Source: Armatimonadota bacterium
GTDB taxonomy: Bacteria; Armatimonadota; UBA5829; DTLH01
Length of the DNA: 46,395 nt
Direction of reading: 5' to 3'
Assembly: GCA_038207085.1 (NCBI GenBank)
Contig: JBBRAE010000023.1
Location: 1 to 46,395 of the forward strand
A program made the translations under genes and the position numbers. Below are positions 30,809-40,887 of this stretch, in pieces (the first letter of the stretch is position 1; the number at the start of each line of letters is the position of its first letter). The notes beneath the pieces are model-generated. The model was given only the letters and a program-made list of their open reading frames with translations. It did not search any database and was not told the DNA's origin.

Positions 30809-32605
30809 CTACTCTTTATAGATCGCGTCGAACTTGCACTTCGCCATGCACTCGCCGCAGTGGATGCACCTGTTCTGGTCGATCACATGAGCCGTGCGCG
30901 GTGCGCCGCTTATGCAGTTGACGGGGCACACGCGGGCGCAGAGCGTGCAGCCCACGCATTTCTCGGAGTTGACGTAGTAGCGCAGGAGCGACAGACACGC
31001 CCGGGCCGGGCAGCGCTTGTCGTTGATGTGCGCCTCGTACTCGTGCCTGAACTGCTTCAAGGTCGAGAGCACTGGGTTTGGGGCAGACCTCCCAAGCCCG
31101 CACAGGCTGGACCGCTGCACGGTGTGGCTCAGTCGTTCGAGCTTCCACAGGTCGTCAAGTTCGCCGTTTCCTTCGGTGATGCGGGTCAAAATCTCAAGAA
31201 GCCGCTTGGTCCCTTCGCGGCACGGCGTGCACTTGCCGCAGGACTCGTCCTGGGTGAACTGCAGGAAGAACTTGGCGATGTCGACCATGCAGGTATCTTC
31301 GTCCATGACGATCAGCCCGCCGCTGCCCATAATCGACCCCGCCTGCTGAAGCGATTCGTAGTCGACCGGGACGTCCAAGTACTCGGCAGGGATGCACCCG
31401 CCCGAGGGCCCGCCGGTCTGCGCGGCTTTGAACTTGCGGTCGCCCTTGATTCCGCCGCCGATATCAAAGATGATCTCGCGCAGGGTCGTCCCCATCGGCA
31501 CCTCGACAAGCCCGGTGTTATTCACCTTGCCCGCAAGCGCAAAGACCTTGGTGCCCTTGCTTTTCTCAGTCCCGATACCTGCAAACCACGCCGGGCCGTT
31601 CAGGATGATCGGAGGCACGTTCGCCCAGGTCTCGACGTTGTTGATAAGCGTCGGCTTGCCCCAGAGCCCCTCAACCGACGGGTAAGGCGGCCGAGGCCGA
31701 GGCATACCGCGCCTGCCCTCGATCGAATGAATCAGCGCCGTCTCCTCACCGCACACAAACGCCCCCGCGCCAAGCTTGATCCCGATCTTGAACGAAAAGC
31801 CCGTCCCCAGAATATTCTCACCAAGGAGCCCGTAGCTCTCAGCCTGCTTGATAGCCTTTCGGAGGCGATCTATCGCAAGCGGATACTCGGCCCTGATATA
31901 CACATAGCCGATGTTCGCGCCAATCGCGTACCCCGCGATCGCCATCCCTTCAAGGATGCTGTGCGGGTCGCCCTCAATCGCGCTTCGGTCCATAAACGCG
32001 CCTGGGTCGCCTTCGTCGGCGTTGCAGATCACGTATTTCTGGTCACCTTCGGCATCTGATGTGAGCTTCCACTTGATCCCTGTCGGGTAGCCGCCGCCGC
32101 CACGTCCACGGAGCCCGGAGTGGGTGACTGAGCCGATCACGTCAGAGGGCGTCATGTGGTCAAGCACGTGGGCGAGCGCGTCGTAGCCCTTCACTTCGAG
32201 GTAGTCTTCGATAGACTCCGGGTCGATGATCCCGCAGTTGCGGAGCGTAATTCTTAGCTGTTTTCCAAAGAACCCCGCGTCACCGAGCACCCTGATGCGC
32301 GAGCGGTCGATCCCGTCGGGGCTCACCAGGCGCAGAACGGGCTTATCCCCCGCGAGGTGCGACTCGACGATCTCCGGCAGGTCGGCGACGCTTACGCGCT
32401 GGTAGACGGTCTCATCGGGGTAGACCATAACCACCGGGCACATCCCGCACAGCCCGAAATAGACTGTCTCGATGATCCTAACGCGGTCACGGAGTCCCGC
32501 CCGGTCGATCAGCCTCTGCAATTCAGGCAAAATAGATGATTTAGCCGCGCCGGTACAGGCCGTCCCGCCGCAGATCAAGACGTGTTTGATGTCGGTCAAT
32601 GCCAT
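30809..32605 (-). CDS. NuoF/HydB/HndC-like flavoprotein with C-terminal 2x[4Fe-4S]
   Basis: GLRGRGGGG, NADEGDPGAFMDR, GAFVCGEETAL, GGPSGG, CGKCTPCREG, two CxxCxxCxxxC motifs. Confidence 0.93.
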   Translation of the reverse strand: MALTDIKHVLICGGTACTGAAKSSILPELQRLIDRAGLRDRVRIIETVYFGLCGMCPVVMVYPDETVYQRVSVADLPEIVESHLAGDKPVLRLVSPDGIDRSRIRVLGDAGFFGKQLRITLRNCGIIDPESIEDYLEVKGYDALAHVLDHMTPSDVIGSVTHSGLRGRGGGGYPTGIKWKLTSDAEGDQKYVICNADEGDPGAFMDRSAIEGDPHSILEGMAIAGYAIGANIGYVYIRAEYPLAIDRLRKAIKQAESYGLLGENILGTGFSFKIGIKLGAGAFVCGEETALIHSIEGRRGMPRPRPPYPSVEGLWGKPTLINNVETWANVPPIILNGPAWFAGIGTEKSKGTKVFALAGKVNNTGLVEVPMGTTLREIIFDIGGGIKGDRKFKAAQTGGPSGGCIPAEYLDVPVDYESLQQAGSIMGSGGLIVMDEDTCMVDIAKFFLQFTQDESCGKCTPCREGTKRLLEILTRITEGNGELDDLWKLERLSHTVQRSSLCGLGRSAPNPVLSTLKQFRHEYEAHINDKRCPARACLSLLRYYVNSEKCVGCTLCARVCPVNCISGAPRTAHVIDQNRCIHCGECMAKCKFDAIYKE

Positions 32606-32609
32606 TCCT

Positions 32610-32966
32610 CTACGCCACGACCCATTCGTGGATCACTTCGTTGTTCTGGATATGCTGCTGGACGATTCGACGGGCTTTTTCGGGGGTGATATGATAGTAT
32701 AGCACGGGCGCCTCGCCGTGTCTTTGCACCTGCACCAGCGGCTCAAGGTCGCATCTGCCGGAGCACCCGGTTTCTGTTACCGCGACCCCTTCAAGCTTGC
32801 GGGCGCCGATCTCGTCGGCGAGCGCCTCAACGACCGTCCGAGCCCCCGCCGAAACCCCGCATGTGGCGGTTCCGACGATCACCCGGGTTGTCTCCGAAGC
32901 TGCCCGCTGCTTTTTCTCTGTGGCGAGTCGTTTTACCTCGTCAAGTGCTTTACGTGCGTTAGCCAA
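32610..32966 (-). CDS. Thioredoxin-like [2Fe-2S] ferredoxin (HydD/HndB-like)
   Basis: VGTATCGVSAGA, TGCSGRCDLEP; TTG start after GGAGG. Confidence 0.85.
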   Translation of the reverse strand: MANARKALDEVKRLATEKKQRAASETTRVIVGTATCGVSAGARTVVEALADEIGARKLEGVAVTETGCSGRCDLEPLVQVQRHGEAPVLYYHITPEKARRIVQQHIQNNEVIHEWVVA

Positions 32967-33078
32967 TTGGCGAACCTCCAAGTCTGCACAGACACAGCGG
33001 CGTAAACGCCGCCGCAGTGGCGCAATTCTATCAAATACGGCGCGGTGTGTCCAACGTGATGGTGTCGCCGTATGCGCG

Positions 33079-33855
33079 TCAGTTGCGAAGAAGCGAAGGC
33101 ACCCCGAGCCGCTTTTCAAGCGTGAGCACCGCGTTGCCGTCGACAAACCTGTAATCCACCCGGTCCATGACAAGCCTCATAAAGTGGATCCCCATCCCGC
33201 CGATCGGAGGGTCGTCCATATTCGGCACGGGAACGCACTCGGGGTCGAAGCACTCGCTTGGATACTCAAGGGTGATCAAAAGCCCCCTGTCCGTCCTAGC
33301 GCAACTGACATAGATCAACTGGCCGGCGCACTCTCCGTGGCGGACGGCGTTTGAGAGCGCCTCACCCGCGGCCAGCCTGATATCGTCGATCTCGGTGCGT
33401 GTGAAGCTCATTGCGGCGGCGAAGCTGCATATCCTGTCGCGGCCCTCGCAGCAGGAGCTGACTTCCGCGGGCAGCTCGAACGTGTCGCTTGAAAGTGACT
33501 CGGCAGCCGGCTCGCAGACGATAGAGGGATCCTTCGGGGATACGGCGACGTCAAAGAGGTGGCGCACGCCGGAGATCGTCAGCACGTGATCAAGCTGTGG
33601 GGTGAGCGAGACGATCCGAAGCCCGCAGCCCGCAACATCCGCGTCCTGTGCGCCGATAATCAGTATCCGAAGCCCGCTTGAGTCGACGAAATCGAGCCCC
33701 CCAAGCGCCAGATCGATGCCCTGGTCGCACCTCTGAAGGGCGTTGACGAGAAGTTCGCCTAGTTCGTGGCAGTTCTCGAAATTGAGCTCGCCATGTGCGC
33801 GTATAAGCTGAGGCGAACCCGCCTCTATGCTCAGTTTTAGCTTATTTTCCATCAT
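33079..33855 (-). CDS. STAS (anti-anti-sigma) fused to an RsbW-like anti-sigma kinase domain
   Basis: N-terminal LDFVDSSGLRIL; C-terminal EALSNAVRHG and GGMGIHFMRLVMD. Confidence 0.88.
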   Translation of the reverse strand: MMENKLKLSIEAGSPQLIRAHGELNFENCHELGELLVNALQRCDQGIDLALGGLDFVDSSGLRILIIGAQDADVAGCGLRIVSLTPQLDHVLTISGVRHLFDVAVSPKDPSIVCEPAAESLSSDTFELPAEVSSCCEGRDRICSFAAAMSFTRTEIDDIRLAAGEALSNAVRHGECAGQLIYVSCARTDRGLLITLEYPSECFDPECVPVPNMDDPPIGGMGIHFMRLVMDRVDYRFVDGNAVLTLEKRLGVPSLLRN

Positions 33856-33875
33856 AATATGTGCAACAACATGAC

Positions 33876-36800
33876 CTATATACCCGGTGTTCCGGGTTTC
33901 AAAACAAGCACTGCTACATCATCTCGCCAATTTCCATCAGAAAAATCTCTAACCTTCTGAAGCAGATGATCACGCACGTCTTGTGCGTGTTTTGCGGGAG
34001 AGTGTGCGATGATCTCTCTCAGCCGATCGGGCCCAAGCATATCCTTGCCCGCCCGCGCCTCGGTGATGCCGTCGGTATACAGCACAAGCACGTCCTCCGG
34101 GGAAAGCCAGGCCTCACACTCCCCGTAACCGACGCCTGCTATAATCCCAAGCGCCGGACCTGTTCCTGAAAGCGACTCGACTTCTCCGGTCGCGCCCCGC
34201 CTGATAAGCGGCTCTTCGTGACCGCCGTTTGCGTAGACCATCCGACCGTCTGAGGTGTGCACAACTCCGTAGAAAAGAGTGATGAACACCTCCCGGCGGA
34301 CGTACCTCGCAAGCGCGTCGTTCAGTCTCTCAAGCACCCGCCCGGGAGCGGGGTCCTCGTGGGCGAACCCGTGGAGCATGTATTTGGCCATAGCTGTGTA
34401 GACCGCCGCGGGGATTCCCTTGCCAGAGACGTCGGCCATTACGATGCCGAAGCGTCCGTCGCCAAGCTCCATTACGTCATAGAAGTCGCCGCCAACCTCG
34501 ATATCTTCACCGGCTGCCAGATAGGCCTCGGCGATCTCATAGCCCGAGAGGTCAGGGATAGCCGAGGGCAGAAACGCCCGCTGTAGCTCATGCGCGATCT
34601 GCCTCTGATGCTCAAGCCCTCTTTGAAGCGCCCATTGGCGCTCCTTGGCGTGTGAAATATCCTGAAATACCGCCACTGCGCTCGCGATCTCACCGTCGGG
34701 GCCGAATATCGGCACAGTGTTTACCGACACCGGCACCTCTTTGCCGTCCTCGTGGCGAAGGAGCAGTTCCTCGTTTACGCAGGTTTCGCCGTAGAGCAGT
34801 GTGCGGCTGAGCGGTATCTGGTCGGCTGAGATCGGCTCGCCGCCGGGACCAAGCACGTGGTAAGTTTCGGGATACTCCCAAAGCGTCGCGTTGGTAAGCT
34901 GGCGGATGCCAATAAGCTCCATTGCGGCCTTGTTCGCCGAGAGCAGCTGTCCGTCAGGCGCGGATACGACGACCGCTTCAGGGATGCTTTCGATGATCGT
35001 ATGCAGACGGTCGCGCTCGAGCCGCGTACTCGCTTCGGCCTCATGGAGCAGTTCCCAGCCCTGTGCGCGGTCTATCGCGGTCGCCGTTCTAAGCGCAAAC
35101 ACCTCAAGCAGGTTCTTTTCTCGCTCGCTGAACTCCCTTGGTTCGCTCCCCCCAAGTATCGCTACTCCGCAGAGCGTATCTCCTACGACAAGCGGCAGCC
35201 CAACGACCGCGCGAGCTCCGGCTTTTCGCATATAGGTGTTCAGAAAGCTTGGGTCCAAGTTCACGTCGGAGGAGACGATCATCGACCTGCTTTCGGCGAC
35301 CATGCCGCCGAATCCCTGGCCGATGCTCTGGTGCCAGATTTCCGGCTCGGGCACATCGACGTTGTGCCACACCCGCGAGCGCATGGCGTTGCCGTCGTCC
35401 TCAACTAGCATGATCATTCCGTACTGCAGTCCAAGCAAACTGCAAATCGCCGTCAGGAGTCGCGGGGTCAGGACTTCGGGGTCGACGCTTGAGAGAGCGA
35501 CCGCTGTCACTGCCTGCAGCGCGTTCAGATCCTCGCTGGTGGTGGTCAGCTCCTCATTCTGGCGCTGCATCTCAACCGCCTGACTGGTCAGTTCCTCATT
35601 CTGCGCCGCGATCTCCTCGCTTTGGGCCTGAATTTCTTCACTCTGTGCCTGAAGCTCTTCGTTTTGGCACTGAAGATGCTCGTTTTGAGTATCGAGCCGG
35701 TTTTTGGCCGCCTGCAGGTCCTCTGAGATCTCCAGGCTTTCAAGGTAACTGATGCAGTTTTCCGCCGCGACACCGATCTCGACAGACGCAGTCTCTATCA
35801 GCTCAAGCGTGTCTTCATCGTAGCCGTAGATCGAGGCAAGCGCGATCGCGCCTACGGTGTGGCCCGGAATACCCATCGGCACGCACACCATACTCCTTGG
35901 GACGATCCTGCCAAGGCCTGGGTCCACTGCGAATACGGTGTCCACTGGCACATCGTTCATCACAAGCGGCCGGCCCGAGTCGATCACCTGCTCGACGATC
36001 CCGTCCGGACCTGTAAGGGAGAGTGCCTTGTCCCCGGGGATTCCAAAAGTTGCGTGAACCAGAATATCGCGTTTGCGCAGGATATAGACCACTCCTATCT
36101 GAGAGCGGGTGTGGTCGGCCAGTTCTTCAAGTGCGTGCTGGGCGAGGTCATCGAGTTCGATGGTCGATGAACATACGCCTCCGATGTGTGCGTGCGCTTC
36201 CAGGTTGCGTTCCCGCTTTTCAATGGACAAAGCCATCCGCCTGATCGCAGCGGAGGTGAGACTGAGCTCGTTTTTGAGCATTTTACCGTCTGCGCCCGCG
36301 GGTGTGTCGTCGAGGTCTTCGACCCCTGCGAAGTCACCCCGGCTTATCGCTTCTGCGGCTCGTGCGATCCTCCTGGTTGGGCGGGTTACGGACCTGGTAG
36401 TCATGACCGCGGATATCAACGCGAGGAGCAAGCCCGCCAGAAACAGTGAGCCCGTGACGAAAATGGCGCGCTCCCTTGCGGCTGAAAGCTCCCCTGCTTT
36501 TGCCCGCACCTCGTCGTGGCCCATTTCTGCAAGTAGTCCCGCAGAGGCGATGATTCCCTCGGACACGGGGTTTACTGTGGAAACGTGGAACTTGAGCGCC
36601 TCACGCGCTCGCTTGGCGTTGATGAGCTCGATGCACTTTGTTTCGGACTGCGCGAGGTCGAACAACTGAGTCTGCATCTCTTCGAAGAGCCTGCGTTCTT
36701 TGTCATCGTGCAGGTTCCTCTTTAGCAGACTGACTGACTCTTTTTCCTTGTTGTCGGCGGTCAGATAATCTCGGAAATAGCCTTTGTCCCCGGAGTTGAT

Positions 36801-37013
36801 GTAGTTTCTAAGTGACGTCTGCTGGCGCTCGACGGCGAACGCCAGCTGGTCTGACGCTCTGATCTGATTGACCAGCGTCCCTTCGATGACCTTTGATATG
36901 TTCACCGTCTGCGCAAACTCGCTTCGGGTGACGACTACCAGCAGTCCGAGCACCAGAATGATGCTTCCAAACCCCAGGGTCAGGTTGTATTTGATCGACT
37001 TGTCTTTTCGCAA
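33876..37013 (-). CDS. Membrane sensor with HAMP, GAF, coiled coil, GAF, PAS and SpoIIE/PP2C phosphatase (RsbU-like)
   Basis: Two TM segments; LQRAFLP, VGGDFYD, DVSGKG, YTDGITEA, DD motifs; EE/QEE heptad coiled coil. Confidence 0.9.
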   Translation of the reverse strand: MRKDKSIKYNLTLGFGSIILVLGLLVVVTRSEFAQTVNISKVIEGTLVNQIRASDQLAFAVERQQTSLRNYINSGDKGYFRDYLTADNKEKESVSLLKRNLHDDKERRLFEEMQTQLFDLAQSETKCIELINAKRAREALKFHVSTVNPVSEGIIASAGLLAEMGHDEVRAKAGELSAARERAIFVTGSLFLAGLLLALISAVMTTRSVTRPTRRIARAAEAISRGDFAGVEDLDDTPAGADGKMLKNELSLTSAAIRRMALSIEKRERNLEAHAHIGGVCSSTIELDDLAQHALEELADHTRSQIGVVYILRKRDILVHATFGIPGDKALSLTGPDGIVEQVIDSGRPLVMNDVPVDTVFAVDPGLGRIVPRSMVCVPMGIPGHTVGAIALASIYGYDEDTLELIETASVEIGVAAENCISYLESLEISEDLQAAKNRLDTQNEHLQCQNEELQAQSEEIQAQSEEIAAQNEELTSQAVEMQRQNEELTTTSEDLNALQAVTAVALSSVDPEVLTPRLLTAICSLLGLQYGMIMLVEDDGNAMRSRVWHNVDVPEPEIWHQSIGQGFGGMVAESRSMIVSSDVNLDPSFLNTYMRKAGARAVVGLPLVVGDTLCGVAILGGSEPREFSEREKNLLEVFALRTATAIDRAQGWELLHEAEASTRLERDRLHTIIESIPEAVVVSAPDGQLLSANKAAMELIGIRQLTNATLWEYPETYHVLGPGGEPISADQIPLSRTLLYGETCVNEELLLRHEDGKEVPVSVNTVPIFGPDGEIASAVAVFQDISHAKERQWALQRGLEHQRQIAHELQRAFLPSAIPDLSGYEIAEAYLAAGEDIEVGGDFYDVMELGDGRFGIVMADVSGKGIPAAVYTAMAKYMLHGFAHEDPAPGRVLERLNDALARYVRREVFITLFYGVVHTSDGRMVYANGGHEEPLIRRGATGEVESLSGTGPALGIIAGVGYGECEAWLSPEDVLVLYTDGITEARAGKDMLGPDRLREIIAHSPAKHAQDVRDHLLQKVRDFSDGNWRDDVAVLVLKPGTPGI

Positions 37014-37874
37014 CTAATCTCGGCCTCCCGCCGCTGGCTGACATGCCCGGTAGGCGCGTGTCTTCATGTCAATGAGTTGCAGCCTCTCAAGCATCGCTGT
37101 GGGGACTCTTTCTTTGGTTCCAAGCACCAGAAATCCTCCTGGCCTAAGCATATTGTAAAGCAGTTCCAGCACCCCTATCTGGGCGTGGTGTCTCAGGTAA
37201 ATCAGCACGTTTCTGCACAGAACTAGGTCGAAACCATCGGGGTTGACGGCGCGTATATCCTCGAGCGCGCTTTTGGACGTGAGGTCATGAGTGACAAACT
37301 CAACTGCCGATTTGAGCGCGGGGGCCGCATGCACCTGTCGTCCGTCGTCGATGAACCATTCCCTGGCCCGCTCGCAAGGGACGCATGGCAGCAGGGCCTT
37401 GGTGTAGGCCCCGCGCCTGGCAGCATCGACTGCGTATGAGTCGATATCACTACCCAAAATTCTTACCTCATCTTTTTGTGGGGCAAACATGCTCATGCAC
37501 ATAACCTCGGCTGCAAGCGAGTAGGTCTCTTCACCGCCCGCACATCCCGCGCTCCAGATGCGCATGTGCCGTCTTTCGCTTCGGCATGTGGCGAGTATCT
37601 GCGGCAGAACGTGCGAGCCCAAAAGATCAAAGACATCTCTATCGCGGAAAAACTCGCTGTACTTGATTGTAAGGTCCCGCACGAGCATTTCGCACTCGCC
37701 GGGGTCTGCATCAAGCAGCTTTCCGTAGTCCTCCAGAGAGGCGCAGTGATTCGCGGCGACCCTGCGCTCAATGCGCCGTCGCAGTGTGGACTCCCGGTAG
37801 GCGAAAAAGTCAACCCCAGTGGCCGAGAGCACCCGATTTAAAATCGGTCCAATACTCGCTCCGTCCGCGCTCAA
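37014..37874 (-). CDS. cheR: CheR-type protein-glutamate O-methyltransferase
   Basis: FFRD, IWSAGCAGGEETYSLA, DLVLCRNVLIY, PGGFLVLG. Confidence 0.92.
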   Translation of the reverse strand: MSADGASIGPILNRVLSATGVDFFAYRESTLRRRIERRVAANHCASLEDYGKLLDADPGECEMLVRDLTIKYSEFFRDRDVFDLLGSHVLPQILATCRSERRHMRIWSAGCAGGEETYSLAAEVMCMSMFAPQKDEVRILGSDIDSYAVDAARRGAYTKALLPCVPCERAREWFIDDGRQVHAAPALKSAVEFVTHDLTSKSALEDIRAVNPDGFDLVLCRNVLIYLRHHAQIGVLELLYNMLRPGGFLVLGTKERVPTAMLERLQLIDMKTRAYRACQPAAGGRD

Positions 37875-38030
37875 TCCCGTCCCTCCATCAGATAAGTCTA
37901 TGATATCCGATTAAGCTCGCATCGTCAATACTTCACCGTAATATCACAAATATTGGACTGCTGAGGCGTATGAATGAACATGCGTTGTTGCCAAGGTGAT
38001 GGTCTGTCGGTAGAGATTTCGCCCGCGTTA

Positions 38031-38059
38031 TTGACACCCAACGCAAGCAAGGATATAGT
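38031..38059 (+). promoter_or_regulatory. Sigma70 promoter of the ROK kinase operon
   Basis: TTGACA-N17-TATAGT. Confidence 0.75.
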
Positions 38060-38089
38060 AAAGTCGACTTTGAACGGAGGACTGAAGAC

Positions 38090-39067
38090 TTGCAGACAAA
38101 CAACAAACCTTATATAGTAGGCGTCGACCTTGGAGGGACGAATGTCCGGGCGGCTGTGGTGACCCGTGAAGGAAGAGTTCTCGGGGAGGGACGCGAGTCG
38201 TCGCGCGCGATGGACGGGCTCGATCTGACCATCGCCCAGATAATTAAAGCCATCCGAGGCGCGGTTGCCTCCGCCGGAGTAGATATGGGTGATGTCGCCG
38301 GAGTCGGGATGGGTGTACCGGGCCAGCACAAGAGCCGCGAGGGGATCGTCCTTTGGAGCCCGAACTTCAAGGACTGGAACGGCGTGCAACTCCTTGCGCC
38401 GATCCGTGAGGACCTCGGCATTCCTATATATATGGGCAACGACGTCAATGTCGCGGCGCTTGGAGAGTATCAGTTTGGCGCGGGCCGTGGGTCGAGTTCG
38501 CTTGTGATGCTGACGCTCGGCACGGGAGTCGGCGGGGGAATCATTCTCGGCGGCAGGCTGTGGCTTGGCGCAAGCGAAGGCGCGGCTGAGGTCGGTCATC
38601 AGGTAGTGATCCCCGACGGGCCGGTGTGCGGCTGCGGTAGATCAGGCCACCTCGAAGCCCTCGCCGGACGCGACGCGATCGTCGAGCGGGCCGCCCGAAA
38701 GATCCAGATGGGACGAGAGAGCACCCTGATCGAAGACATCGACTGGCCGCAGTGGAGCGTCACCCCCGCATCAATCGCCAAAGCCGCCGCGGCTGGCGAC
38801 GAGGTCGCGATCGAGACGATGTCCGAGACGGGTTACTACATCGGCCTTGGCGTTTCAAACCTTATTAATATACTGAGCCCTGAGGTAGTGATCATCGGCG
38901 GCGGGATTTCCCAGGCCGGAAATGTCCTTTGGGGCCCGATCCTCCGCACCGTCCACGCCCACGCCCTGACCGAAAGCCGAAAAGCCTGCCGGGTCATCCC
39001 AGCCGAACTCGGCGACGACGCCGGCGTGATGGGCGGAGTCGCGATGGTCATCCAGGAAGCAGGGTAG
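38090..39067 (+). CDS. ROK family sugar kinase (glucokinase-like)
   Basis: GVDLGGT, NDVNVAALGE, GTGVGGG, EVGH, CGCGRSGHLE. Confidence 0.93.
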   Translation: MQTNNKPYIVGVDLGGTNVRAAVVTREGRVLGEGRESSRAMDGLDLTIAQIIKAIRGAVASAGVDMGDVAGVGMGVPGQHKSREGIVLWSPNFKDWNGVQLLAPIREDLGIPIYMGNDVNVAALGEYQFGAGRGSSSLVMLTLGTGVGGGIILGGRLWLGASEGAAEVGHQVVIPDGPVCGCGRSGHLEALAGRDAIVERAARKIQMGRESTLIEDIDWPQWSVTPASIAKAAAAGDEVAIETMSETGYYIGLGVSNLINILSPEVVIIGGGISQAGNVLWGPILRTVHAHALTESRKACRVIPAELGDDAGVMGGVAMVIQEAG

Positions 39068-39075
39068 GGGGAGGG

Positions 39076-39540
39076 GTGCCAATCGCATACATAGCTTTGG
39101 GCACAAACCTTGGCGACAAACGCGCGAATATCCAAAGAGCGCTTGAGTTACTGGGAAAAGAGCCGAAAATACATATTGAGCGGGTATCATCGCTTTACGA
39201 GATGGAGCCGGTCGGCTACACCGATCAGCCCGACTTCGTAAACGTCGCCGCGCGCCTTGTGACCGAGCTTTCGGCGCGGGAACTGCTTGGGGTCGCGCTT
39301 GCCGTAGAGAATATTATGGGCCGAGTGCGAACAATCAGGTGGGGTCCGAGAGTCATAGATATAGATATCCTGATGTATGACGACGAAAGGGTCGAGGAGC
39401 CGGACCTTGAGCTGCCGCACCCGAGGATGACCGAGCGTCGGTTTGTCCTTGAGCCGCTCGCCGAGATCGTGCCTGGGCTTGTGCTGCAAAACGGCAAAAC
39501 TGTGGAAGAGGCGCTCGCTGATCTCGCAACTCAAGACTGA
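39076..39540 (+). CDS. folK: 2-amino-4-hydroxy-6-hydroxymethyldihydropteridine diphosphokinase
   Basis: YIALGTNLG, WGPRVIDIDIL, LPHPRM..R.FVL.PL. Confidence 0.95.
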   Translation: MPIAYIALGTNLGDKRANIQRALELLGKEPKIHIERVSSLYEMEPVGYTDQPDFVNVAARLVTELSARELLGVALAVENIMGRVRTIRWGPRVIDIDILMYDDERVEEPDLELPHPRMTERRFVLEPLAEIVPGLVLQNGKTVEEALADLATQD

Positions 39541-39549
39541 TAATTTACT

Positions 39550-40887
39550 ATGAACAACTACAGGTACGAAGCTGTCGATAAGGCGGGAAAGACGGTTCGC
39601 GGCGTGATGAACGCCGCCGACGAGCAGGCGGTCGCCCAGCGCCTCGTTGCGATGGGGTTTGTGCTGCAGTCGATCGTCCCACCCGCGGCCGCTCAGGTCA
39701 CATCCCAGGCTGGCGCCCGGACATCTCAAGCCTCCCAGGCCACGCCCAAGATGGAGAGTTTCCCGGTCTCAATCGACTCGTGCATCAAGCTCGCGCCTCT
39801 TGGCAGGTTCATAAGGCAGCTTGCGACGCTTGTGCGCGCGGGCGTGCCGATGGCCCAGTCGCTTCATGACGTGGTCGGGACTACCTCAAACCCCAAACTG
39901 CGCCGCGCAGCCGACGACATGCGCGTCCGGGTCGAGGGGGGGGCGAGCCTGTCCTCCTCAATGGCCGCGCATCCCAGCCTTTTCCCAGTGCACGTGGTCG
40001 GGGTAGTGTGGGGCGGGGAGATGGGCGGATATCTCGACGCCGCGCTAGACGACGCCGCGACCGAGATCGAACAGGAGGCCAAAGACCGCCGCTACGGCAG
40101 CATCGGGTGGTTCCTCGCCAACATCAACATTGTCGCTCTGATCTTTATGATCCCGCTTATCAATCTGAAAGGTTTTGTCATCAAGGCGCTCGGTGATGCG
40201 GGCAAGCTCGCCGGGGGCTCGGGGACGTACGGCTCGAAAAACTTCGTTCCCGATGGCCTCAGCCGCGACAACGTGATTTCCGGCCTTATTTCGGCTTACT
40301 TGGACAGCGTGGTCCACATCTGCCTGCCTATTCTCGTCGCGTGGCTTGTTGGGCGGGCGGTCTGGCATCGCCTGAAGCGCGTTCCCCAGGTTCGGCGAAT
40401 GATTGACGCTGCGCTTGTCTACGTCCCGGGGTGGGGCGGGATGCACCGGGAACGCGCCCGCAGCAGGTTTTTGCGGACACTGCACCGACAGTACGAGGCC
40501 GGTGTCGCCCCGGGTCAAGCGTGGGCCGCCGCGAGCATGTCGGTCCGAAACTCCGAGATCGCGAGGCGGCTTCGGGAGCATGAGTCGGACGCAAGGCAGC
40601 AGGGAGGGAGCCTTGAGCTTGCTTTTGCCCGCTCCGGGGTGTTTGCATCCGACGATTCGGGTATGGTCGCAACAGGAGAGCGCGCTGGAGCGGTGCCCGA
40701 TATGCTCAGCAAAATGGCCGATCACCACGCAAGCGTCGCCGACACATCAAAGTCCAGACAGAAAGTGCTCTCGATCATAATCTTTATCGTCGGGCTATCG
40801 GTGATAACGGGCTACATTACTTTTCTTGCCATGCAGTCTTATATGGACTTTGCTTTTTCCGCGCCGAAATTGTTGGGGCTCGAATAA
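39550..40887 (+). CDS. Type II secretion system F family (PilC-like) protein
   Basis: YRYEAVDKAGK..G, FIRQLATLVRAGVP, GERAG. Confidence 0.85.
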   Translation: MNNYRYEAVDKAGKTVRGVMNAADEQAVAQRLVAMGFVLQSIVPPAAAQVTSQAGARTSQASQATPKMESFPVSIDSCIKLAPLGRFIRQLATLVRAGVPMAQSLHDVVGTTSNPKLRRAADDMRVRVEGGASLSSSMAAHPSLFPVHVVGVVWGGEMGGYLDAALDDAATEIEQEAKDRRYGSIGWFLANINIVALIFMIPLINLKGFVIKALGDAGKLAGGSGTYGSKNFVPDGLSRDNVISGLISAYLDSVVHICLPILVAWLVGRAVWHRLKRVPQVRRMIDAALVYVPGWGGMHRERARSRFLRTLHRQYEAGVAPGQAWAAASMSVRNSEIARRLREHESDARQQGGSLELAFARSGVFASDDSGMVATGERAGAVPDMLSKMADHHASVADTSKSRQKVLSIIIFIVGLSVITGYITFLAMQSYMDFAFSAPKLLGLE

